Positions 26,601-38,297 of a stretch of DNA of 64,000 nt are shown here, piece by piece. A program made the position numbers and the translations under genes. The stretch is from Callorhinchus milii (taxonomy: Eukaryota): positions 71,240,001 through 71,304,000 of the forward strand of contig NW_024704743.1 in the NCBI RefSeq assembly GCF_018977255.1, in the 5' to 3' direction. Position 1 is the first letter of the stretch. Every line of letters begins with the position of its first letter. Under the pieces are notes generated by a model, which ran no database searches, was not told where the DNA came from, and saw only the letters and a program-made list of their open reading frames with translations.

Positions 26601-28599
26601 ATACACCCCCAAACTATGGAACTCTGCCTCACTCCCTCCACCTTGCACCCTACCCCTTAATCACTTTCAAATCACATCTGAAGACCTTCCCGTTCGAATG
26701 TGCCTACAATCACCAGGCTCTTTGCCAGGCTCAGCGTCAAACTCCATCACCTTTAAGCACTCTGAGACACTACCATGGGTGAAAGGCATGATATAATGCA
26801 AGTTGTTGTTGTTGTTGATGAGTATTAGGCACATGCTGACAAAAGCCTAGGCTTGGGGACCCCACATTTGGAGTATGCTGGAGTTTAACCAGCTAAAACC
26901 ACATAGCTTGCCATTGAATGCACTATCTGGCACCACATCACCTGTGGTAGCCTGGCTCACTGAGTAGCATTTGTGCCTCTGAGTCAATCATTTGTGGCAG
27001 TCTCCGTAATCGGATCCCTGAGTCAGGGAGATCTGCAGTACTCCAGGCAGTGTTGATGACAGACCAGCCAGACTGGCTCATGGACCAGACTTTGAAGGGG
27101 AGACTATCAGGAGCAAAGATTCCTCTTACTCAGCTCCTGTTAATCATGCAAGCCAAAGCTCTAACAAATAGGGTGGCACTAGCTGGACAAACAGCAGGAA
27201 AGCTTGCCAGACAGTACAGAGCAATGGCTACAAATACTGATAGAAAAAATCATGTTTACAACTCCATGCACCAGATGATTTCCAAAGGCACTTCCCTTCG
27301 GAAAAGTTGAATGTAATTATGATTTATAATTCCTTTACATCATTTGTTTGTGTGTGGATTTTTTTCTTCAAGCGTTCCTAAAGGACTGCTTCAGGATTAT
27401 ATTGTGGTCTGATAAAGAGCTCGGAAATAGTACTTAGAACTAGGCAGAAATAATAACCGGATGTGTGGTATTGTGAATGGATCTGATTCACCAAAGGGTT
27501 TCTACAATCATTTTCCTCATGCAAGGCCAGTGACTTGAAGTTTCACTTCTATCGTGTTTTTTCTCTTACTCGCCAATTTTCACCACAGATTTATCTTTTC
27601 TGGTGTCTTCTTCAACCCATTGGGATGGTTCTACACACTCAGATTGCATTAGACCAGTAACAACCCATCCTATCCTCACCTACACATGTGTACTGGGCTT
27701 CAGCATCTGTCTGGAAAGCGATGGGAATCTCACCTTACTTTACCTGCCTTATTGAAATACTCTGAGGCCAACTGCAGGTTTCCCCTACTGTCACTCAGGC
27801 TGAGATTATCTGAGTGAGGTGAGGATTGAATTGGACACCTTGTGATTCAGTGACTCAACAACAACAAATAAAAATAATTTGGTCATCAATCCACGACTGT
27901 TTGTCGTGGATTTGTTTGCTGTGTGCAATTAGCTGCCACATTTCGCTTACAAAATATACAGTAGTATATTTAATAGTGGTCACTTAACAGTAGTCTGTGA
28001 AACCCTTTGAGATGTATTAATGACATGATAAGGTGCAATATCAAATGCAAGGATTATTATTATTATACATACAACCACAACAAATTGCATTGATATAGTG
28101 CCTTTCACTTTGGGAGGACATGCCAAAGTGCCCTCAGCCAATATCAATAAACCAGGGAAGGGGGGCTATTGGGAAGGCAAGTGCTCTGGGACGCTACCCT
28201 GCGTGAGGGGCGCTATATAAATTTGAGTCAATGGCAATGATTTTGTTTGGTGTGCTCAGGGCGGTTTAACGTAGCTTTTATGATAAAGAAACAGTTATTG
28301 TGACCTTTGGAATGAACAAGCTATTTCATAGCGGGCAGAAATGGGAATTAATGTGTCCCATAATAGTTACTATCCCCCATGGCGCTCCTGTCCACACAGT
28401 AAAATCTGGATAAAACAGTAAAATCTACCAATGTAGAGCTAACTGCATGCACAGGATTTCCAAAAAAAGGCACTTTGCTGCCTGCGAGGTGTAGTGACTG
28501 TTTAAGTGTAACACAACGTATATGTAAATCAATGAACCAATCAATGAAACACTGCCCCCCCACCTCTCCCCCACCCCCCTGGCTGCAGTATGTGGGTAC

Positions 28600-28729
28600 C
28601 TGAGGGCTGGCAGGGCAGGAGGAAGCAGGAGATGGAGATGATGATCAGAGCCGCTGTCACTGTGTGAGCCCGGGGCGGGCAGCGCTCGACACACTGCCCG
28701 GCTGGCAGGGCTCTCCCCGGGGGCCACAT
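28600..28729 (-). CDS. ZPBP-like exon 1 (signal peptide)
   Basis: Kozak CCCACCATG; MWPPGRALPAGQCVERCPPRAHTVTAALIIIISISCFLLPCQPS with a hydrophobic stretch; donor TCAG|GTACCC; GC/CpG-rich. Confidence 0.75.
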
Positions 28730-28754
28730 GGTGGGGCGGACACGGCGCCTCGCA

Positions 28755-29203
28755 TCCTCTCCCCACCTCTCCCTCTCCGCCCCTCCCTCTCCCCCCCCCT
28801 CTCTCTCCTCCCCTCCACCTCTCTCTCTCCCCCTCTCCCTATCTCCCTCTCACTCTCTCCCTCCGCCCCTCCCCCCTTCTCTCTCCCCCTCCCCCTCTCT
28901 CTCTCCCCTACCCCTCTCTATCCTCCCCTCCCTCCATCTCCCTCTCTCTCGCTCTCTCTCTCCCCCCCTCTTTCCGCCCCTCTCCCTCCTCCCCTCCCTC
29001 CTCCCCTCCCTCTCTCTCCCGCTCTCTTTCTCCCCCCCCTCTCCCGCCCTTCCTCCTCTCCTCCGTCTCTCCCCCTCCCTCTCCCCCCTCCCTCTCCCCC
29101 TCTCTCAATCCGCCCCTCCCCCTCTCCCTCTCTCCCTATCTCCCTCTGTCCCTAACTCCCTCTCTCTCTCCCTCCCCCCTCTCCCTCTCCCTCGCTCTCA
29201 CCT
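28755..29203. repeat. Polypyrimidine (C/T-rich) low-complexity tract
   Basis: About 450 nt almost entirely C/T on the + strand, directly upstream of the ZPBP-like ATG. Confidence 0.95.
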
Positions 29204-29226
29204 CGAAACACAACATCCCCAGAGCA

Positions 29227-29240
29227 GGAACCATAGCAAC
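29227..29240 (-). promoter_or_regulatory. RFX X-box-like element upstream of the ZPBP-like gene
   Basis: GTTGCTATGGTTCC on the minus strand vs consensus GTTGCCATGGCAAC. Confidence 0.55.
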
Positions 29241-29283
29241 AGCATCCCCGCGTTCCACCCTGACAACCACCCCCCACCCCCCG

Positions 29284-30198
29284 CAGGTAACCACAGGTAA
29301 CCAGGGGCCTGACAGGTAACCAGGGGGGTGACAGCTAACCAGGGGCTGACAGGTAGCCAGGAGCTGACAGGTAGCCAGGGGGGTGACAGCTAACCAGGGG
29401 CTGACAGGTAACCAGGGGCTGACAGGTAACCAGGGGGGTGACAGCTAACCAGGGGGTGACAGGTAACCAGGAGCTGACAGGTAGCCAGGGGGGTGACAGC
29501 TAACCAGGGGCTGACAGGTAACCAGGAGCTGACAGGTAACCAGGGGGGTGACAGGTAACCAGCGGGGTGACAGGCAACCAGGGGTGTGACAGGTAACAAC
29601 CGGGGGGGGTGACAAGTAACCGGGGGCTGACAGGTAACCAGCTGGATGACAGGTAACCAGGAGCTGACAGCTAACTAGGTAACCAGGGCTGATAGGCAAC
29701 CAGGGGCTAACAGGCAACCGGGGGTTTGACGGGTAACCAGGAGGCTGACATCACAGGTAACCAGGGGGGTGACAAGTAACCAGGGCTGACAGCTAACCAG
29801 GGGCTGACAGGTAACCAGCGGGGTGACAGGCAACCAGGGGTGTGACAGGTAACCAGGAGCTGACAGGTAGCCAGGGGGGTGACAGCTAACCAGGGGCTGA
29901 CAGGTAACCGGGGGGGGTGACAAGTAACCGGGGGCTGACAGGTAACCAGGGGCTGACAGCTAACCAGGGCTGACAGGTACCAGGAGCTGACAGGTAGCCA
30001 GGGGGTGACAGCTAACCAGGGCTGACAGGTAACCAGGTGACAGCTAACCAGGGCTGATAGGCAACCAGGGGCTAACAGGCAACCGGGGGTTTGACGGGTA
30101 ACCAGGAGGCTGACATCACAGGTAACCAGGGGGGTGACAAGTAACCGGGGCTGACAGGTAACCAGGGGCTGACTGGTAACCAGGGCTGACAAGCAACC
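29284..30198. repeat. Minisatellite, ~17-21-bp unit TGACAG(G/C)TAACCAGG(G)n(C/G), roughly 50 copies, with higher-order structure
   Basis: Tandem units visible directly; a ~95-bp variant block recurs at ~29684-29780 and ~30049-30145. Confidence 0.97.
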
Positions 30199-31109
30199 AC
30201 TGGTGTCCTCAGCACCTTACCACTGTGATCTTCTCAAATTCATACTTAACAGAAAACTTGCGGCTATGCTGTTGATTTATGCACTTAACACCCCAGTGCT
30301 GTACTCACTGCCTCCCTTTGCCTTCATTGGTTCTTGTTACGGTTTTAGGGAAGACAAATGCAAGGGTTATTGTTGTTACTATTCGCCGTTAATGAATGTC
30401 CCAATTTTCGCCAGGCTCAACTGGCTCCCAGTACCCCAAAATCTCTGACCGCGCTTTCAGTCATCTTTTCTCCTTCACCCATTTCAGCTCCCACCCCCAG
30501 TTGAGGTGCCCAGCCGGTAGATGTCAAGCAGTTTGAGACTTCCTCCTGACCAGAAATCTAAATTATATATCAATCTAAATTATATTGACTTCAACATCCT
30601 CACCTGACTTTCAAATCCCTCCATTGCCTTACAACTCCAGCCCCATTCCCCTAACCTTGCCCTCTGTTCTTCCACTTCTGGTCCAACGCTTTCTTCTTGA
30701 CTCTGTTCATTCTATGATTAGTTGCCAAATCTTCAGTCATTTTGTCCCTGCTCTCCCGAACTCTGTTCCCAAATCCCTTTACCTTTCTTATCGCCCCTTG
30801 TTCAAAACCTGTTAAAACATGTGTGCAGTTGGTCCACAAGCTTAAATTCTCCTTCCAACCTCCTTGCTTGGTTCTCCCTATCTCTGTGAAGACCTTTAAA
30901 TAACATTCATAACATGTAAAATGCTTTATATATATATTTTGTTTTTCTTTTGGATGAAGAAAAATGTAGCTTTCAAATTGTGTTATCTGAAGTTATTTTA
31001 AGGTAATAATAAAAACTACAGAATATACATTTTAAAATTATACTTCATTTGTAGATATTGGACCAAATAGAATTGTTAGCATGCATTTACTTTTCTGTGA
31101 AACTGCCCA

Positions 31110-31560
31110 TAAGTCATTTTATTTTTGGTAGCCAGGTGTCTGACACATACAGAAAGCCATCATCATGCATAAGGGTATCTAAACCAGAGTTAAAATTCCA
31201 TGTATGCCACCTATACATAGACATTTCCTTGTCTGCAATGGAATGCACACACTCTCTTCAGGGAGATACACCCTTCTTACCTAGTTCCAGAGTATTAGTC
31301 ACAGGTTGGCTAGAGCCAAGGAATGGTGACCCCAGAGTATTCTTTGGGATAGTGCTAGAGTTTAACAGCTAACTGCCAATGAAAGCACTGTCTGGCAAAC
31401 ATCCTGCTGCTTGTCAAGCCAGGACCACCCGACCCATAAAGGCTTTGGTTTGCAGTTAACAAGAGCCAAGTGGAAGAAATCCCAGCTCTACTGATTGGTC
31501 TGCTCCTCCACACCCTTCGATGAGCCAGGCTGGCAGGTCTATCATCAGCAATATCCTGAG
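31110..31560 (+). repeat. Unclassified old interspersed repeat (copy 2)
   Basis: Collinear with 17400-17900. Confidence 0.65.
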
Positions 31561-32048
31561 ATAGGTACTGCCCTCAGTAACTACACAATATGTAGAAATA
31601 GTAATAGTACAAGATCCAATACTGCTCTATTTAATATACAATACAAAATTATATTTGTATAGCACCTTTCACATCAGGAGGACATGAAAGGCAATTGGCT
31701 AATTTAAATGAGACCATTATATTCACTAGGAAACTAGGTGAAAATCTTCCAGAGTCAATGCGCATTTAAAGTCCACTATCAGGGCAGCCAGTCTACACCT
31801 CAATTAGTACCTAACAATGGAGTTAGGTGCTTACTGTCAGGTTATGGGTTCATGATGTTAATGTAGGGACCTTGATTCAATGACTCATTTGGAAAAGGGA
31901 TGATGACCTGGAATATTTCCAAAAATTGCACCAATTTCACAGTGAGTGTTTTCTTATCTTGACTGCTATATTTTCCCCCAAACGGCTTATATCCTATTGT
32001 TATTATAAAATAAGTCTGGAGTATGTTTGTGGGACAGCAAGATGTTGT

Positions 32049-32074
32049 TTTATTTATGTAAGATAGGGTTTATT
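32049..32074 (-). terminator. Candidate IFT57 polyadenylation signals (two AATAAA on the minus strand)
   Basis: tttatt at 32049-32054 and 32069-32074, about 1.1 kb past the stop codon at the end of an AU-rich, repeat-free 3' region. Confidence 0.45.
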
Positions 32075-33152
32075 GGACAGCATTTCAATAAAATGCAATT
32101 ATTATTTTACATAAAGTTACAGCTTTGAATATATACAACTATAAAAAGGCTTACATATATCGATCCTGCATACAGCATAAATCTATTTCTAAATTATGCA
32201 CAAAATCTTGTGTACAAATATTTTTCATCATTGTACAATTTTAGTGTAAGCCTCAGAACAATTCACAGGAGTAGTAAAAGTAGTTCACATAAAAACAGTG
32301 TTTAAAATATATAAAATATGTGTATGGTAGACAGAAAACATATCTGGGAAACCATTATAAGAGAATAAGTCCATCAAGATATTCAGAGGAAACATAAACA
32401 ATGAAGGCGAAGCTTGAGCAGTGTGAAATAATTTGCATCTATGGATCCAATCAAGTGCTTTGTAGCTCGCTCAGATACTTACCCAGCATTGACATGTTGA
32501 GTACTTTGAATAGGAAGTTGACTAGCCACTTCTGCTACCAGCAGCAATATATCAAGGCAAGCAGCCTGCCAGTACCTCTGCATGTGTTGGTTAGAAATGT
32601 AACAGAGTTTTTTCTACCAAAGGCACCTAATACAACCAGTGTGTTGGAATATATGGGTGTTCAGCATTTCAACAGATTTTCAATATTTTACTACAAAACA
32701 TTAGAAATACTATTTATAATTCATTATTTGGCTTTGATAGCTTTACCAGTAACATTGAAAAATAAATATAGTGCCCAAACTATACAGGTGTAAGGGCTAT
32801 AACAAGATAGTTGAACTAAAGTACAACCTTGTATGATAAGTTTTGTAGTGTAAAAATCTTTATCAACAAAGTACCAAGTGAGGTCTTAAAAAAGGCACAG
32901 CCAAGTGATTTAAACAGCTCTGTCCCCCATTCCAGCATCAAATATGTAGAAACATTCATTGTAATGATCAGTAGGCAGGGATCTAATAGTGGCGAGTAGC
33001 GTTTGGTTCACTCTAGATGCACAGGATCATCTCTTGCACTTATTTTCTGAACTCTCAGAAAAGCCACAACATAAAGAGTTCAATAATTTTCCAATTGGGG
33101 AAAGAAAACATCAGCATATATTATAAACTGGATGTAAGAGTACAATTGTACA

Positions 33153-33331
33153 TCAATAACCACCAATTGTACTTTCTGGAATATTGGTGGCATGCATGTC
33201 TCTGGTCATGTTTGATTTCTCTTTGAGTTTGGCCTGTAGCAAAGTATGTTCTACCACTCCAATCCGGATATCCATTTGAGTTATTTCTTGCTTGAGTTTT
33301 GTTAATGCCTGCTTGATTTTGACCAAAGGAG
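33153..33331 (-). CDS. IFT57: IFT57 last coding exon 11 (179 nt to TGA)
   Basis: APLVKIKQALTKLKQEITQMDIRIGVVEHTLLQAKLKEKSNMTRDMHATNIPESTIGGY*; tttcag|. Confidence 0.97.
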
Positions 33332-34353
33332 CTGAAAATATAATAATCAATAAAGTAGTACATGCCAGTTTAGCCTATAGTTAGCCTAGATATTTAATCA
33401 TCACTCACAGTACATTTGGGCACTCAATTATTGGGGTAAAAGCAATGAAAAAGGTGCACTATAGATTGACTTGGATGTTGTTGAGGATGAGGGGTTATGA
33501 GGAAAGACATGAGAAATTAGTTTTTTTCCACTAGGCTAAGGGATGACCTAATAGAGCATGTTATGGTAAATAGTAAAATATGATTTCCACTGGTCAATAA
33601 GTCAGTAACAAAACACTACAGTTTTAAGATGATATAAATAATTAGCAAGTGAATTGCATTGTACAAGTTCAGGCTCTACCCCTTGCAGCTTTGGCTTGAG
33701 AGCTGAGAATATTTCTAAACCTCTCTGCATTTCCTTGGATTTACCAAGGCTAATCAGAGCCAGTTAAAATCCTCTTTAATTTCTCTCTCTCTCTCCCCCC
33801 TACACCCGCCTCTTGGCGTAGGGGATTTTTGCTTTGAGTACGTTTTGAAATGTTATCAACTCCAAGGATGACTTGTTGTGGACCGACAGGGATTCAAACT
33901 CAGATCATTTTTGTCCCACTGAAGATTCAAGATTAAAACGTACTTATCTTCTTGTCATGTTTTGATGACATGATAAGGCGCTAAATCAAATGCAAGGATT
34001 CTTTTTACTTACTAGAATCTTTCAGTCTTAAGCTCAATGAATTGCGCTACCTCAGATGTCATATTTGAACAGCGTTGATCCAGTATCAAGAACATACGAA
34101 AGCATGGAACATAAACTAGTGGAGCCTGGCTAGAACTAGTGTGATGGGGATATGGAGTATAGTGTGGGTGAGTATGCGGGCCCCGGAGTTTTGGAACAGG
34201 TGGATCTTATACATGGTGGATCTGGGGAGGCCGGGGAAGAGGGCATTTGAAACGTTGAGTCGTTAGATGACGAACGCCTCAATGAGTGTTTCAACTGCGT
34301 CTGGGTTAATGTAGGTTTAATTTAAAAAAACTTTCCCGATGCCCTTTACGCAC

Positions 34354-34420
34354 CTCCATCTGTCATACTGCTTCCCTTTTCTTCCATCTCCTGTTTCACT
34401 TTTTCGAGGTCTTCACTTAT
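34354..34420 (-). CDS. IFT57: IFT57 exon 10 (67 nt)
   Basis: ISEDLEKVKQEMEEKGSSMTDG; gtttag| ... |GTGCGT. Confidence 0.97.
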
Positions 34421-35353
34421 CTAAACAAACAAAGAATAAACATAAAAAGAAAATATTGAAATATTGTATATCATTTGTCGAAAGTCTATTGCATAATATT
34501 GCATTTGTATAGCACCTTAGCCCTCAAAATGTCTGTAAATACTGTGAGTTTGGAGATTTTATTGGCCTCTGGAAAGTGCACACATTTGCAATTCTGCCAA
34601 TTGCCGTACGGATAAAATTATGCACTCAATGATAACCTCTGAAACCTGTAGATTGTGTAGATAATCTTGGGGGCACCCAAATGCATGATATATGTTTAAT
34701 CACCAGTGTGCTGTGCATCTTACGACATCAACATTGCTCAGTATGTAAGTGCATCGTATTTTGGTACTTTACAGGCAGGAAGAAGTCAGGTTTGATCCCT
34801 GGCTTATTTTGAGTTAGTTCATCTTAGCTGGGCAGCAGTGGCTTACCTATAATGTGCTCCAGCACATGTTCCTGTTGCCAGGCTCACTTGCATTTGTTGT
34901 TGCAAGCTGTTAGAGCTCCTTCACTCTGATACTGTGAAAAATGGTGTGGTGTTCTCTAATTACCTTTAAGTTGAGCAGAAAACTCTTGAGGGTTTTTTTG
35001 AATACTGCAAAATAAAGCCCAATTTTTACTGATTTGAACTGAATTTACCCACTTATTGGATCGATTTTTTACCCCTTAGTTTTTTTTCATTTTTTTGACA
35101 CAATAAAAGGTGCACACAAATAGCTGAAAATATCTGGCTTTTTATTTTGCGGTTAAAAAAAATACTTGTTTAGTCCTTATCTGGCAGGCACAGAAACACG
35201 TCCCACAGAGAAACAGCTGGTTGGCAACTTACTTCAGGCCACTCAGTACATGGCTTGGGGCAAGGGAGAACAAAAGAGTTATAAAATAAACAAAATCTGT
35301 TGGAAATGGAGAGGATTATTCAAACATTTGGCTAAAATCACCATAATCCCTAC

Positions 35354-35416
35354 CTCAGAGAGAATTTTGGTCCGTTCGGTTACTCCTCCACTTCCTTGCT
35401 GGTATCGGTCCTTGGC
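35354..35416 (-). CDS. IFT57: IFT57 exon 9 (63 nt)
   Basis: AKDRYQQGSGGVTERTKILSE; ctgtag| ... |GTAGGG; preceded by a 97-nt intron. Confidence 0.97.
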
Positions 35417-35513
35417 CTACAGAAAAGCAAAATGTCACGGTTTGCAATGTATTGCTGCCAATATTTTACGCTAAAAACTGCACTCCAGTGCATCTTCTAG
35501 AACACTCAATCAC

Positions 35514-35645
35514 CTCGCTGAGTTTGGCCTGAGCAGCACGATACTCCTGGATCAGATTTTCCAGCTGGTTGTTGATGTATTTCTCTCGACTGCTGACCTT
35601 TTCCAATGTTCGACCAATCTCATCTTTAAGCTTGTCCAAGTAACT
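35514..35645 (-). CDS. IFT57: IFT57 exon 8 (132 nt)
   Basis: SYLDKLKDEIGRTLEKVSSREKYINNQLENLIQEYRAAQAKLSE; tgacag| ... |GTGATT. Confidence 0.97.
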
Positions 35646-36596
35646 CTGTCATGAACGAGAATTTAATTCAGCTTTTTAATGCTTCAGACATGACAGATAA
35701 CAAAAACATGTTCTCAATGAGGGAAAATTCATGGAGCTGCAGATTTTGCAAAATTTTGCCACAATAACAACCAATAGGTTCACTGATGTGGGCTCTATTT
35801 ATACAATCCCTTTGATTTATTTTTCGAAAAACTGTCGAAAACAATATTAACACAGTGGTTGTTTTGTATGCCTATATTATCTAATTTATTCAGAAGACAA
35901 TGTTTTCTCTATTTATATTTTGGCACCTAGCTAAGTTATGACATTCTCATACAAAGCCACAATCTGTCCCACAAATTCCAAAGGATGCCAGTCTGCTCCT
36001 TACTGATTAAACCGCGTTGGACATTTTTCAGGTGGTAATGGTGGGGGAGGGAGTGGCTGGTAGGCAGTAATAGGAGGCAGTGATTTAAAACAAGATAGCT
36101 TAATTTTTCAGCTTTCCTCTTCTCATGCATTCATCTCTAGTCCCCCTCCTGCACTCCATCCTCCTGATGCCTCACACGTCAAAGGGTTGCTCCCATTCTA
36201 ATATGTTTCAATATCAAATATTGCTGTTCTTGTATCGTAGTATTAACAGAAATCAAGAATTATATACATGTAATATATTATATGCACTTAATACATCCTG
36301 ACTCCTGGTAACAAGGGGGCACAAGGTGACACTATGATAGTTCAAGTTTATCCTGTACCGTTACCGTCTTTATAGCTGTGACAAGAGCAAGAATAGGAAT
36401 AGCAATAGTAGCTAGTAGCAAATTTAACAAAGGTACACAGGTTATGGGGTAGAAGAACCCACTATTAGGCAAGTCATTCAAATAGGCTCTGCTACATTAT
36501 CAGTACCCTCAGTAAACTCAGTAACCTGATACGCTTTGTGTTTCAAGGACTACACTGGTGTCAAATATCTATTATAACTGTATGATAAAGGAATAC

Positions 36597-36668
36597 CTTT
36601 GTCTCTTTAAGGGAAGTTTCAATTCCCTCTTTATGCTGGTGCATCTGGTCAACATGGATTCGCCAGTC
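36597..36668 (-). CDS. IFT57: IFT57 exon 7 (72 nt)
   Basis: DWRIHVDQMHQHKEGIETSLKETK; taacag| ... |GTATTC. Confidence 0.97.
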
Positions 36669-38297
36669 CTGTTAAAACAAAGCACTTTATTGATTCTAAT
36701 AATAACTTGTATTTATATAGTGCTCTTCATGCCGAATACTGCCTCAGAGGGCTGTACATTGGCAGGGCTGCTGAGCAAGGGAGAAGGGAAAGGGCTATAG
36801 GTTCAGGCAATCCTATATAAGATCTAATTCCATGCAATAAACAGTAAATTAATTATATAGAGAAAATATATATATTCAAAACATAAAGAAGTTTTTGCTA
36901 TTTATGAAGTGCAGCAGAACATCAGAACCAAACCTTGGCTTGAATTCACTTTGCTATCTGTTAAGCTTTATAATATATGTTGAGAGTCATAATGAAATAT
37001 GAAAGAGCTCAAGGCACTTCACAGGATTTACCGTAAAAAGAAGTGACTGTCTGTAAGCCAATGTGGACTGTGATATTCTTAAAACATATTGCATTCCTTA
37101 TTTAAGTAACAGTTACTTAACAGTTGGTAGCACTTCCATCCAAAATGGATAAGTAAGGCTCCAATTTTCAACCTTAAAATGCAAGGTCTCAGATTCTGAT
37201 TTAACAGATATTGTTTTATTTTAATCGCTATTCTGTAACATGGCATTGAAAGGCCCCAATCCAAGATCTAAAGTGAACATTAAAAATTTTAACAAATCAG
37301 CTCAGCAACCATCTTTGTAATTCATGACCACCATCCCTATAGACCCGCCTACCAGTTTACACTGTTTTTTTAGGTGATACATGTTTTACCAAATGATCTG
37401 ACAAGTTAGGATGATATTCCAAGCACACTTCTGTATTTGTTATATCAGTTCAGCAAGTCCTAAAAGGCATCTGGTTGCTCATTTACTCTATTTTTCTGTA
37501 TCCTGTTAATGTCCGCTCAATGTTTAACTGTTTTTTTTAATCATTGCTCGTGCTTTCAGAGTTAGTGATGGCAAACTTCCCAAAAAACACTTGAGATGAA
37601 TGTAAATAATTAGAAGCTGTAACAACTGTCAAGTTCTGGATCTTTAAGAGAATCTAGGATCAGAAAGCTGGAGAAAATATCACCTACAAATACAGTCACT
37701 ACACTTCACCGCGAGCACTTTGCAATATCTCGACAATGTGATAAGGAGCTACATGAAATTAAAGATTATTATAAAGGCTTAAGTGTTTTACAGATGGTAA
37801 TCTATTCACAAATAGCAGGTAACACTTGGTAACAGAAGTGCCATACAGTTGCTGGATCAGGTAGAAAAATACTTGCAATCAGTATCCTACACCACAGAGT
37901 GGTTAAGATGTGGAATTACAATTTAAATTGTTATCCTCTAAAGTGGCATTGCCCAGATTGTGAAAATAATTTCATTCCAGGGGAGGTGTCAACATTTCTC
38001 CTAAAACAGAAAAAGATAACTGGTTGAACTTTCAGTGTGCAGACACAAATCACCAATTCAGACTCTAATTTGAGCATTTCAAGCTTTACTCCAAGGTACT
38101 GCTGATAACAAATCAGCTAGTATTGCTCATACAATTGGCATGGGGGGCATAGTTCAGTTACTGGGGGGCAGGGACTGTTCCCATTTAGCTCCTGCAAGCC
38201 AACTAATGCGTAAAGTGATCCTATCTGGATAAGTAGCAGGAAGCTTGCTAATTTTGTATTGTATGACTTGCCATTGCAGTGCTCTCATTGGCAAATC

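Larger units (their letters stand above)
2253..28729 (-). other. Gene span: membrane-anchored ZPBP/Sp38-family (zona pellucida-binding protein-like) protein, 10 coding exons, 1620-nt CDS, 539 aa
   Basis: All ten exons have GT-AG boundaries and join in phase (1,1,1,1,1,0,1,1,2) with no stops; motifs LQC..LVDPKYQWIGPKG, TENGNLVF..DSGNYTC, CEV..SACH, IQYIANSL..VDHCKPGFG..CVGCCVACPPGHY match the ZPBP1/ZPBP2 pattern. Confidence 0.88.

Noticed and set aside
28429..28480. Possible small extra exon GSKVPFFGNPVHAVSSTL after ZPBP-like exon 1
   Set aside because: Weak donor, ends in the wrong phase for exon 2, and adjoins a SINE-like remnant
28664..29300. Pro/Ser/Leu-rich ORFs of 163 and 190 aa
   Set aside because: They are translations of the CT-rich low-complexity tract
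29284..30198. Minisatellite as a CRISPR array, or as the coding repeat ORFs 29390-30192
   Set aside because: Units are contiguous with no unique spacers, the context is eukaryotic with no cas genes, and the ORFs are artefacts of the repeat
32401..32793. 130-aa plus-strand ORF
   Set aside because: Antisense to the IFT57 3' UTR, with no recognisable motifs or splice context
1..33000. CD47 exons expected from human synteny
   Set aside because: No IgV plus five-TM CD47-like exons were found; the Ig exons present belong to the ZPBP-like gene
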